Positions 8,235 to 17,144 of a stretch of 28,138 nucleotides of DNA are shown in pieces. Within the stretch, counting starts at the first letter, position 1; each line of letters opens with the position of its first letter. The notes below the pieces were generated by a model. It did no database searches, was not told the origin of the DNA, and was given only the letters and a program-made list of their open reading frames with translations. Source of the DNA: a virus (taxonomy: Duplodnaviria > Caudoviricetes); the IMG/VR virus record IMGVR_UViG_3300020045_000347, positions 1 to 28,138 of that record; one strand, given 5' to 3'. Position numbers and translations under genes: made by a program.

Positions 8235-9850
8235 GTTAGTCTCGCTGCTGGTAATGTTACTGTTCCAGGAGTTGTTCCTGGGAGGTCTGTAGAATTGAGT
8301 GTTACCGTTGCATCAGACCAGATATAGAATCTTACTTGGGTATCTGTGGCCCAATAGTATGATACAGGTATTGTCAACTGTGTTTGAGCGCCATTGGCTA
8401 TTTCTTGTACTCTCGCTGAGTAGCGCACAATAACCCACCCAGCGCCTGCTTTATTCTCTTCAGCATAGTAGTATACCTTCTTATTTGCAGCCGATGGTGT
8501 CGCATTAAGCATCAATACCAATGTATGAGTCCCACTTTGTAACGTTGTAACGATACCTGTGGAGGCATTATAAGAGAATCCTTGGGAAATGTCTACTGTA
8601 GGAAACTTAAACACAGTAGGAACCGTTGGTAAAGCAACCCCAGAGGTTGTGTTGATTAGATGCAATGAGGGATACCAGGGTTTTCTGTCTATCTTAATGA
8701 ATACTTTACCCAGGGCATCCGTGTGGACAACATATCCAACAGAGATAACAAAAGAGGGTTGTAGCGGAGCAACCTTGGTAAACCCGCCTGATACAACACT
8801 TGATAGGAATAGCTCATCACCTTCTACTAGTGTGTTAGAGGATGCATCAGTTAACGTTGATATATCATTTACCATACCTGATGAAGTGATATACCCGTAC
8901 GAATTACTGTGGATATCATGGGTAGCCATACCAATAGTAGATCCGGAGGTGAAAACCGTAGATGCGTTAGCCAAAGCTATAGATGGTATATCGTTGAATG
9001 CACCACTGATATAAGCAATGCTACCATTCAAGATAGTCGATCCAGTATTGTTATACACCCTTATAAGCTCTTCTCTACCAATATTAACAGTGATGTCCGA
9101 TTCGTCATTGTAGTAAGCTAGCGAATGGGTAGCGCTATCATAAAATACCTTACCCTCTACATGCGTTTGTGGGGATACTGGTGTAAACACCAAACTATCT
9201 GAGACAGTGCTAGACGCTATTGAGGAGGTGCTGATTGTCCCATTATCGAAAGATGTATTAGTTACAGAGCCATTGTCAAATGAAGAGTTAGTTATAGATC
9301 CAGTATCAAAGGAAGACCCACCTATCGTTCCAGTATCAAATGACGAATCAGTTATAATACCACCATCTAGGTAAACGCTGATATCTTGTAGGTGGGCTAC
9401 ATTAATATCACCACTTACAATAGTCTTAGGTAATACTAACTTATCAAGGTCGATAACATTAAAAGGTTCCTTCACCCACTTCTCAGTAGGTGGGTTTACA
9501 GCTACCTGGAACTTGACAGTTCTTACACCAAGCATAGTGTAATAAACAAAGTATGTAGTACCAAATCCAGGGGTGAACTCGAACCATTGATAGTCAGCTG
9601 GGTTGCTGGATTCAACGCTGTCGCTACTATTCCTAAGACCCCAAAAGTATTTGTTAGCTGGTAAGTTGGACATACCCGTACCAACATTGCTATCAGCATA
9701 TTTAATATGTATGTATTGTTCCGGGTATGGGACCGGATTACCAGAAGGTGGGGGTACACCGCTATCATAACCAGAATCTGTTACTTGTCTATATACCTCC
9801 TGTAAGAAGGCATCGAGGTCTTTATTATCGGTATACGGCGGGTTAAGCAT
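8225..9850 (-). CDS. Multidomain tail fibre/needle protein with C-terminal C1q/TNF-like domain
   Basis: N-terminal YIHIKYAD...SSNPADYQW module; 10-aa SSFDxG repeats; central beta domain (YNNTGSTI...IGMATHDI...GDELFLS); C-terminal FKFPTVDISQGFSYNASTGIVT resembles the start of a C1q domain. Follows the nozzle gene. Confidence 0.65.
   Translation of the reverse strand: MLNPPYTDNKDLDAFLQEVYRQVTDSGYDSGVPPPSGNPVPYPEQYIHIKYADSNVGTGMSNLPANKYFWGLRNSSDSVESSNPADYQWFEFTPGFGTTYFVYYTMLGVRTVKFQVAVNPPTEKWVKEPFNVIDLDKLVLPKTIVSGDINVAHLQDISVYLDGGIITDSSFDTGTIGGSSFDTGSITNSSFDNGSVTNTSFDNGTISTSSIASSTVSDSLVFTPVSPQTHVEGKVFYDSATHSLAYYNDESDITVNIGREELIRVYNNTGSTILNGSIAYISGAFNDIPSIALANASTVFTSGSTIGMATHDIHSNSYGYITSSGMVNDISTLTDASSNTLVEGDELFLSSVVSGGFTKVAPLQPSFVISVGYVVHTDALGKVFIKIDRKPWYPSLHLINTTSGVALPTVPTVFKFPTVDISQGFSYNASTGIVTTLQSGTHTLVLMLNATPSAANKKVYYYAEENKAGAGWVIVRYSARVQEIANGAQTQLTIPVSYYWATDTQVRFYIWSDATVTLNSTDLPGTTPGTVTLPAARLTWA
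9198..9366 (-). repeat. 30-bp (10-aa) tandem coding repeat, about 4-5 copies
   Basis: ITDSSFDTGT-IGGSSFDTGS-ITNSSFDNGS-VTNTSFDNGT-ISTSSIASST; 'cagtatcaaa' recurs at 9301 and 9331. Confidence 0.85.
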
Positions 9851-9852
9851 AT

Positions 9853-11382
9853 TTATCTCCTATCTGCTGGTCTGATATCAAATGTGATATTAGCGAGTCT
9901 CCAATAGCCCATAGAAGTGATTCTGAAATTAAGTAATCTACCATTGGAACGGGGGTCTACTTTATAACCGATACTATCTCTATTAGGGTCAAAATAAAAA
10001 GTAGTATTACCATCATCAACAGATAGATCAACATCATCATTATACCTATTCTGACCTTTAACCCTTATACTGATGATAGAATCATCACATAGATCAAATA
10101 CAGGAAATATAGCAGCTACCAAGTTACTTCCAGTAACATCACCAGCAGACATTTTTGTATGCTCAATATATGAATCGTAGTTAGATAGGGCAACACCGTT
10201 CCACATCAGGTGGCTATTATCTGTAACTAGTGTTTGAGTAGCGCTAGTGGTCATATAGACATTCTCTTGAATATACTGGAATGTGTTATCAACAATGGAC
10301 GGACCTTTGAAAGCATATGTTGTATTAGGTAATACACGTTTAGTCCATGTATTATTTTTATATTGATAGACTAAGGCTTCGTTACAGTAATTAGAGGTGC
10401 CCTTAGGGTAGCATACCCAAATCTCTTTATGATATATGTCTTTAACTACATGAACCATATTAAGTTTTAATTTATTTATATTATTAAAGAAGTATTTCTT
10501 TATTCTAAAATCGGCTACCGATTCAATACTACCTGACCCATTATGAATATAAATATCGTTCTTGTCTACAACTAAATGATTACCATCATACTCAACTACA
10601 CAATCGGTATTTAATATACCATATGTCTTAGAATACTGTTGTACTCTTGTCGAACTACCAACAGAGATAATATTAATACTGTCCTGTGAATATACAAATA
10701 GGTTACCACGTAAATCAAGCATATCTAGAATAGGTGATGTGGATGATAACTCAAATTCATCAGCCGTATCTGTGGTTAATCCGGGCATCCATATCTGGGG
10801 TATACTACCTGTAGCTGCTTGCGTGGATATTCTAATTGTACCTGGGGCATAGGTTACGATACCACCGTTATTAAGGGTTAAATTAGCTGAAACCAATGAG
10901 TAATTAATTGATCTAACTACTTTAGCGGTGACTGTCAATCCCGAAGTGTAATTCCATCCTGGTAATGGTTGGAATGTATGATCAGCTGCCGGGTCATTAT
11001 ACAGACAATATAGCGGAGTAGATTTACCATTATTAAGGATAACAGCAAATCCCCCATTAAATAAAGTGCCTTGCCAGTCACTATTAGTATATTCAGAGCT
11101 TACACTATTGAACATTGTACTAAAATTACCGGCAGAATCTGATCTAAGTATATTACCATCTCTAGCGAATATATTATATCCTGCGTCTGGTCTACGCCAA
11201 TGGATACCGTAGTTTGGCGCGTTAGGCACTGTCAAGTATGTTGTTTCACCCGTGATCGTCTGTACACAGCCATCATCAAACCGAACATTAAGGACGTCAG
11301 AGAAGATGTTGGGTGGTATATTTACTGGTGACTGGTCTGTGTTAAGACCACCTTCTCCGAGACCCTTAATTGGTTCAGCCAT
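9853..11382 (-). CDS. Tail nozzle / tail tubular protein B (P22 gp10-like DNA stabilisation protein)
   Basis: 509 aa, beta-rich; GGLNTDQSP...NVRF N-terminus; EIWVCYP...ALVYQY..NTW and R..GRLLNFRI motifs; SD AAGGAG. Confidence 0.8.
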   Translation of the reverse strand: MAEPIKGLGEGGLNTDQSPVNIPPNIFSDVLNVRFDDGCVQTITGETTYLTVPNAPNYGIHWRRPDAGYNIFARDGNILRSDSAGNFSTMFNSVSSEYTNSDWQGTLFNGGFAVILNNGKSTPLYCLYNDPAADHTFQPLPGWNYTSGLTVTAKVVRSINYSLVSANLTLNNGGIVTYAPGTIRISTQAATGSIPQIWMPGLTTDTADEFELSSTSPILDMLDLRGNLFVYSQDSINIISVGSSTRVQQYSKTYGILNTDCVVEYDGNHLVVDKNDIYIHNGSGSIESVADFRIKKYFFNNINKLKLNMVHVVKDIYHKEIWVCYPKGTSNYCNEALVYQYKNNTWTKRVLPNTTYAFKGPSIVDNTFQYIQENVYMTTSATQTLVTDNSHLMWNGVALSNYDSYIEHTKMSAGDVTGSNLVAAIFPVFDLCDDSIISIRVKGQNRYNDDVDLSVDDGNTTFYFDPNRDSIGYKVDPRSNGRLLNFRITSMGYWRLANITFDIRPADRR

Positions 11383-11420
11383 TATTCACTCCTTTATAGT
11401 TTACACTCTATAGGTACCGG

Positions 11421-11942
11421 CTAGGATACTCTTGATTGGTTAGCTATTGTTGTATCTTTCATCTGGCTACCATGAGAACTACCGAACCAGAAACCGAGTA
11501 CCATAATCAATGCACTGTCCATTGTACCGAGAACTCTACCAATGATGATCGGGTCAGCGCCGGGTGGAACTTGGTTGAACAGTAGCATGCCTTCGCAAGC
11601 TAGCGTGATAGCCACAACGATCCATGTAAGGATTGATGGGGTTATCGATTTAGTAGCTACCTGCATCTCTCTTGCTGATGCTGTATCTTTGAACTCTAGT
11701 TCAGCGTATTTGAACCCACGTTCTTTCTCATTCTCCCTGTATTGGAGGTCTAGCTTCTTAATCTCACTGACTTGCTCAGGGGTTAGTTGACCTGTCTTAA
11801 TAGCATCAGCGATTTTATCCTGTGTAGCTTCTGAGACACCAAGGATATTACCAACTGCTGCGACAGCAACACCACCTAGTGGCCCTAGAAAGGCACTAGC
11901 TACCGTTGGCGCGATACCTTTTAATACCGACATCCAGTCCAT
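11421..11942 (-). CDS. Holin (3TM gene-transfer-release-like family)
   Basis: IAPTVASAFLGPLGG, DTASAREMQ, two C-terminal TM segments and VLGFWFGSS; TGATG overlap with the endolysin stop. Confidence 0.75.
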   Translation of the reverse strand: MDWMSVLKGIAPTVASAFLGPLGGVAVAAVGNILGVSEATQDKIADAIKTGQLTPEQVSEIKKLDLQYRENEKERGFKYAELEFKDTASAREMQVATKSITPSILTWIVVAITLACEGMLLFNQVPPGADPIIIGRVLGTMDSALIMVLGFWFGSSHGSQMKDTTIANQSRVS

Positions 11943-12418
11943 CAATTATCCTCCGTTGCATATATAAGTTGTTTAGAGATGCGTCTTGCCCATCCCTTGC
12001 CAGCGTGCTCCCAGTTGGACAGATCTGTCATGAACTGAAGACGCAGCCCAATGTACTTCATCAGCACATCATTCAGTTCCATTGCGGCTAGGGCTGCTGC
12101 ACTTCGCGGTCCCCAGTGTCCATCATCTGCTGCACCAACTGCTTGCTGGAGCTTACGTGTGGCCGTCTGAATCCCGGAGTTAACCGCGAAGTCGAACGCT
12201 TGGTAGCGTACTGCTGGATGTGCTTCCGCTAAGGGTTGCCAGAAGTCTCGCATATAGATTTCCTTAGCGCCTTCTTTGGTAAGGTTCTTGATATCCACGT
12301 GTGGGTAGCTCCGCTTGCTGATACCCCAGTTAGTTTCCCCTCCGGGGTCCTTGGGGTCGTTGGAGTATCCCCCCTCGTTTCCGAGGAGGCGGGTGAAGGA
12401 TTCTTCAAAGGTTATCAT
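11942..12418 (-). CDS. Endolysin, glycosyl hydrolase family 108 with C-terminal peptidoglycan-binding domain
   Basis: EGGYSNDPKDPGGETNWGI signature; FDFAVNSG, LQQAVG..DDG.WGP and GKGWARR motifs. Confidence 0.93.
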   Translation of the reverse strand: MITFEESFTRLLGNEGGYSNDPKDPGGETNWGISKRSYPHVDIKNLTKEGAKEIYMRDFWQPLAEAHPAVRYQAFDFAVNSGIQTATRKLQQAVGAADDGHWGPRSAAALAAMELNDVLMKYIGLRLQFMTDLSNWEHAGKGWARRISKQLIYATEDN

Positions 12419-12421
12419 AAG

Positions 12422-12742
12422 CTATTTTAACAAGATAGAGCCATTGAAAGAGATCTCACAAGTAACAACGGAACTTGCGTTTCCATTAAAACACCTGCTT
12501 TGCAATAGGTTTCCAACCATCTGCAAGGCAGGCGCGGATGTCCCACCACTGCTGTTTGTTTTAAGTGTTACCTGCGTCAACGTTGTTCCGTCCCAACTAA
12601 TAGTAAACAATCCCGTTGTATAGGACGCACCGTCTTGGTAGTGGACATAAACTGTCCCGTTTGCAGCCAACCCAAGGTTAATAAGACTAGTCCAAGGTGT
12701 ATACCCACCAGCAGTGTTTGACAGCCCAGATACACTTGTCAT
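12422..12742 (-). CDS. Hypothetical beta-rich protein; possible orphan receptor-binding domain or gene remnant
   Basis: 106 aa of S/T/G/N-rich strands; no clear SD; in-frame TAA five codons upstream of the ATG. Confidence 0.45.
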   Translation of the reverse strand: MTSVSGLSNTAGGYTPWTSLINLGLAANGTVYVHYQDGASYTTGLFTISWDGTTLTQVTLKTNSSGGTSAPALQMVGNLLQSRCFNGNASSVVTCEISFNGSILLK

Positions 12743-12780
12743 ATCACTGCGTAGTTAGCAGCCATATTGTTTATCTGCTA

Positions 12781-14292
12781 TCATTTTGCCACCCATCCTG
12801 TATTCCCCGTCCCAGTCTCTTTAACATAGACTGATGTGCTTGCTCCACCGTCTGTTCGCAAGTATAAGCTTCCGACTGGTGCTGACGCATCTCCTCGTCC
12901 GTTAGGAGATCCTGGCCCTGCAAAGATACGAGCCGTTGAGGCGTCCACCCCTGTAAGTTGAACAAGGTTGGTATCTATCCTTCCACGATTCGTCCCGGTG
13001 TTGGTAGATTCATCAAATGTAGCTGAAACTATGCTCGGACCGTATACCACAACATCATTAACAGCCGTGCCATTGACAGGATTATTGATCTCAAGCTGTC
13101 CGCTTGTGTTTGTTTTTAATGTGGCAATTGTCGATCCTGATTTGTTTTTAAATCTTGCTTGCTGCCATATATCAAGGGATTCAAACATCCCGGGGATTCC
13201 AGATGTCGAGTACGCTACAACCCTACCCGAGACAGCATCGTTATAAACATTATCGTAATTGCTGTTACAAGTAGTTCCGATAATATTTACCTTCCCAACG
13301 GAACCAGTTACTTTAATAAAATCTGTTGCTGCCGCAGTATTTGAAAACCCGTAGCTTCCAATAATGTTTATTGTGGCCCCGGCAAGATTGTTAAGTTGAA
13401 CTCCAAGGCTTGATGCTGTTGGTTCCGTTGTTACGTTATGTTCATAACGGTAGTTAATTAGGTTGATATTCGTATTTTCCGTTGACCCAACATCAACGTA
13501 AAATCCAGCCTCTCCTGTGCCGTTCACACCGGCGTTATCTACTTGTAGATTTGCGATATTTGCAGCATGAGTCGTAGCTCCATTCAGATGTACGCCATTC
13601 TTTCCGGCAGAGCCGACAAATACGTTATTCACCCATATCGGGGTAGATGTTGCAAACACCTGAATGCCGTGGTCCCTTGAGTAGCCCAATTTAACGCTGT
13701 CTAGCCCGGAATTACTAAACAAAGAACCCACAAAGTAACAAGAACCAGCTACTAAATTACCTGCTCTATTAGCATTCACTGTTAAATTGCGCACCATTGA
13801 CCCAGATAGTCCGGATAGAGAGTCGTCAAAATTAGCCAAAACGTGGCAATTTTGAGAGTCAGCGAGTTTTATCCTTGTTCCTGTTTGAGCTCCTGAAAGA
13901 GTAGCAACCCCAGCGCCGACAAGGTTAACCCATGATTTAAGTAAGATTGCACATCCTATACTTGTCATAGTATCAAGCGCAACAGTACTTGGATCCTTAG
14001 AAACTAGATATTCACCTGTAGGAAAGTAAACCGTTCCGCCATAAGTGGAAACAGAATCAATGGCCGTATTAATTGCCACAGTGTCATCTGTAACGCCATC
14101 CCCCACTGCCCCGAAGTCTTTAACCGACACCCAGTCATTGAGCTTGCTGGTTACTGTCCGTGAGGTTGCCCCCGTACCATCGTGTAAGTAATAACCCGCA
14201 ACAGGATCGATAACTAGATCATCAACCCTATCACTGGGCGCGAGAGATACTGATCCACCACTGGTGGTTTTAAGTTTAAGAGTTGATGTCAT
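12781..14292 (-). CDS. Tailspike 2 (pectate-lyase-like beta-helix depolymerase)
   Basis: VSVKDFGAVGDGVTDDTVAINTAI...VYFPTGEY beta-helix cap; C-terminal GSP...APVGSLYLRTDGG...YVKETGTGNTGWVAK module; SD AAGGA. Confidence 0.88.
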   Translation of the reverse strand: MTSTLKLKTTSGGSVSLAPSDRVDDLVIDPVAGYYLHDGTGATSRTVTSKLNDWVSVKDFGAVGDGVTDDTVAINTAIDSVSTYGGTVYFPTGEYLVSKDPSTVALDTMTSIGCAILLKSWVNLVGAGVATLSGAQTGTRIKLADSQNCHVLANFDDSLSGLSGSMVRNLTVNANRAGNLVAGSCYFVGSLFSNSGLDSVKLGYSRDHGIQVFATSTPIWVNNVFVGSAGKNGVHLNGATTHAANIANLQVDNAGVNGTGEAGFYVDVGSTENTNINLINYRYEHNVTTEPTASSLGVQLNNLAGATINIIGSYGFSNTAAATDFIKVTGSVGKVNIIGTTCNSNYDNVYNDAVSGRVVAYSTSGIPGMFESLDIWQQARFKNKSGSTIATLKTNTSGQLEINNPVNGTAVNDVVVYGPSIVSATFDESTNTGTNRGRIDTNLVQLTGVDASTARIFAGPGSPNGRGDASAPVGSLYLRTDGGASTSVYVKETGTGNTGWVAK

Positions 14293-14300
14293 TATATTCC

Positions 14301-14609
14301 TTATTTAATTGATCCTGTTTTGAACCATACTATGGTTGCGGAGATAACACCGCTGATAATAATAATAGGTTTTAGCATATCACCAATCCAACCAAGTACT
14401 TTAAAGAATGATCTTCCAAGACCAATAATCTCTAATACTTCAGCCGTCTTCAGGTTGTTTTCAGTTAGCATGCTCTTTATCGCAAGTAGTTCTGCTGCGT
14501 GTATATTCACTCTACGCTCTAGGATAAATACCCCTTTGCAGTCGGAGCTACAAACATCCTCCTCGCGGAGGGGCTCTTCAACGCGGCGGTCTTCGTGTGG
14601 TAAGGTCAT
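14301..14609 (-). CDS. Small membrane protein (EDRR motif, helical middle, C-terminal TM); possible lysis-related protein
   Basis: Start revised to ATG 14609 (TAA-C-ATG after tailspike 1); TM segment PIIIISGVISATIVWF. Confidence 0.6.
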   Translation of the reverse strand: MTLPHEDRRVEEPLREEDVCSSDCKGVFILERRVNIHAAELLAIKSMLTENNLKTAEVLEIIGLGRSFFKVLGWIGDMLKPIIIISGVISATIVWFKTGSIK

Positions 14610-14610
14610 G

Positions 14611-16554
14611 TTAAATCGGTGTGTAGACTGTAGAATTAACACCATCCTTCCAGACCGACACATCAGACTGTCCAGCTGCAAATACAGGGCGGTTGTTAGT
14701 CGTATCCCAAACCATCTTGCCGGGGTATTTGTTGGCAGTGTTGACGGCGTTTGTCTTGAGTGCTAGATTTGCTGCTGTGGTGCGCAGTACGCCTGGATTG
14801 ACAGAACCCTCACGCACTATTTTAGCGACTTGCTTTTTCGTCTCTGTGAGAGTATCAACACCCTGATAAACCATAATATTCGATATTTTCCAGGTTGCTC
14901 CAACAGCATCAAAGGGGGCGAGAGACAGATAACTTCCAGAACCTCCGCCGTAAATAGAGCGCGTCATGACAACTCTTGTAAGTTTTCCTGCAAGTAATGT
15001 TTCTTGCCATTGCATCTTGCTTGCCGCTGCTCCATCATACCAAGTACCATTTACAAGACTATCAATGGAAGACTCAATTAGAAAACTAATAACAATCGTG
15101 TTGTCTGCTGTAACGGCAGGTAGTGGCAACTGCAACGATGAAGTGAAAAGCGTAGCAGGGAACACAAATTGCGTACAAAAACCCTGCTTGGTATCTTCTA
15201 CAAATGTCTTTGTAGGTGGAGAGCTCCCCGTAGCTGTCATATTCCCGACAATATCCGAGTACAGCGCCGGAACGCTGCTATCTAATTTCAGTTCAGGAAC
15301 ACCAAACATAGTAGTTTGGTAGAGATTCAGACTGTTTACGATCGTTGACAAAAATGATTGGGGCCAAGTGGCGACATTTTGAACAACCCCACAGCACTGA
15401 AACTCGCCTAACAGATTGACAATGGACGACGCGTCTGCTTGGACGATCTTTGCTCCAGTAGCAGCGGCGCTATTGGTGAAGTTTTCTAGATTGAGGACTG
15501 ATCCATTTTCGATATAGGCCCATACAGGCGCGGTGCTGTCCTCAATTTTGAAGTCTTTGAGAGAGAGTGTTGAGTTATTGGAATACACCACACAGCGAGG
15601 GATTACCTTCCCATTGATGGTTTGTGACACTGGAGCAAATGCCGGGTTTGCGTTGGCCTCAGGAGACCCGCCATAAAAATTAGCCTGTGCGTTGTATGCG
15701 GCAATGGCAGTGTAGTTACCGTTGGTTTGCGCGTTGTAAAAGTTATTGGCAATACTTCCGAGGTTGATTACTCCATCAATATAAATGCCCACCGCTTGAT
15801 AAACGGCGGTTATTCCGTAAAACTCATTGCTGTTGCCACCGAGCCCAGCCGCTGGAACTATCGAGAAACCTATTCCCCATCCCCCTGTTGCCACCAGATT
15901 CCTGAACCTGCAGAACTGAACCCATCCAAGTTGAAACGCCACAGTGTCCGCATTAAGAACCCTGACGTTATCCATGACAGACCCTGCGTTGTATGAAGCT
16001 GGGATTGTGATGTCCACATAAACACCAGTTATCCCTGTTTTACCGGTTGCATCAATGCACAGGTCGCGCACTTCCTGCCATCCGGTATCACCTCCGAAAC
16101 TTGCCCCCGGTGCCAGCGTCAACATTTTCATATTGTTGGCCGAAGGCTTCAATATTGATGCCTGCCCCCATAGCTTACCCCACTTCGGCACGGTCACAGC
16201 CGACGACAGGTAATTCCCAATAGGGAAGATAACAGGCCCCACAGGCGAATCCGTGAAAGCGTTTGCTATTGCTGTTCCGCTGTTTGTTCCCCCCGTCGGG
16301 TCGGCCCCTTTGTCTTTGACGCTTTGGGTATCACGCAGTTTGCTCTGCACAGTAGTGGCAACTGCACCAGTGCCTGCTGGGAGATAACTCATCCCAGACC
16401 CATCATTGTGAATCCGCTGAATCTCCGTTAGCGCTCCATCGAAGTTCCCCTTACTAAATACCAGATCCCCAGTAGATGGCTCACTTGCGATCACGATGTT
16501 TTTACTGGCGGTGACATTACTGCCAAGCTGCACATTGTTTGTTTTTAATGTCAT
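14611..16554 (-). CDS. Tailspike 1 (beta-helix depolymerase with additional C-terminal beta-sandwich)
   Basis: Start revised to 16554 (ATGA overlap, MTLKTNNVQLG). Neck YLPAGTGAVATTVQSKLRD, cap SVKDKGADPTG...IFPIGNY, C-terminal NAVNTANKYPGKMVWDTTNNRP module. Confidence 0.85.
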   Translation of the reverse strand: MTLKTNNVQLGSNVTASKNIVIASEPSTGDLVFSKGNFDGALTEIQRIHNDGSGMSYLPAGTGAVATTVQSKLRDTQSVKDKGADPTGGTNSGTAIANAFTDSPVGPVIFPIGNYLSSAVTVPKWGKLWGQASILKPSANNMKMLTLAPGASFGGDTGWQEVRDLCIDATGKTGITGVYVDITIPASYNAGSVMDNVRVLNADTVAFQLGWVQFCRFRNLVATGGWGIGFSIVPAAGLGGNSNEFYGITAVYQAVGIYIDGVINLGSIANNFYNAQTNGNYTAIAAYNAQANFYGGSPEANANPAFAPVSQTINGKVIPRCVVYSNNSTLSLKDFKIEDSTAPVWAYIENGSVLNLENFTNSAAATGAKIVQADASSIVNLLGEFQCCGVVQNVATWPQSFLSTIVNSLNLYQTTMFGVPELKLDSSVPALYSDIVGNMTATGSSPPTKTFVEDTKQGFCTQFVFPATLFTSSLQLPLPAVTADNTIVISFLIESSIDSLVNGTWYDGAAASKMQWQETLLAGKLTRVVMTRSIYGGGSGSYLSLAPFDAVGATWKISNIMVYQGVDTLTETKKQVAKIVREGSVNPGVLRTTAANLALKTNAVNTANKYPGKMVWDTTNNRPVFAAGQSDVSVWKDGVNSTVYTPI

Positions 16555-17144
16555 ACAATCACCCAATTTGATCCCGAAGGAACTGTTACTGTTACGCCAT
16601 CCGCAATGATCATTGGGCCAGCACTCATACCATTCTTACCCGCTGTTAATGTATAGCTCACATCAACCTGAATATCATTCTCGAATACGAAGAAGTCACC
16701 ATCTCCACCGCCAGCACCCGCCGCAGCAAGCCAGATGGTACCATTAAAATATTCCAATCTAGCTGTGGTGGTATTATATCTTAAAGAACCTACAGGTGGT
16801 GATACATCACGTTGCGCGGTTGTACCTGTGGGGATCTGTGCTGACCCTGTGTCGGATGTCTTGGCAACAGTATTGACATCAAGAGCAAACACCCAAGATA
16901 CACCGTTGTAACCCTCGAAGTGAGCTGCCTCAGTATTATAACGAAGGCTACCAAGAATGGGTACTGGATCTCTCTGCGCAGTAACGCCCACCGGTATCTG
17001 TGCTGATCCTGTACCAGATGTCATCGGTACAAAGTACACTTTGGTACTCACACCATCAACCCAAGTAGCGCCCCCATCGAATCCCGCATACTGACCACCT
17101 GCGCTTTGACCGGATGCAGCACCGGGATACGTTGAGTATGCCAT
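16551..17144 (-). CDS. Short tail fibre / receptor-binding-protein adaptor with two internal repeats
   Basis: Two TSxTGSAQIPxGxTAQRD...GSLRYNT...ExxNGxxW repeats; C-terminal FENDIQVDVSYTLTAGKNGMSAGP...VTVPSGSNWVIV domain. Confidence 0.7.
   Translation of the reverse strand: MAYSTYPGAASGQSAGGQYAGFDGGATWVDGVSTKVYFVPMTSGTGSAQIPVGVTAQRDPVPILGSLRYNTEAAHFEGYNGVSWVFALDVNTVAKTSDTGSAQIPTGTTAQRDVSPPVGSLRYNTTTARLEYFNGTIWLAAAGAGGGDGDFFVFENDIQVDVSYTLTAGKNGMSAGPMIIADGVTVTVPSGSNWVIV
16731..17021 (-). repeat. Duplicated 43-aa coding module (162-bp period)
   Basis: aa 42-84 (17021-16893) versus aa 96-138 (16859-16731); DNA similarity is still visible ('atctgtgctga' in both copies). Confidence 0.85.
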
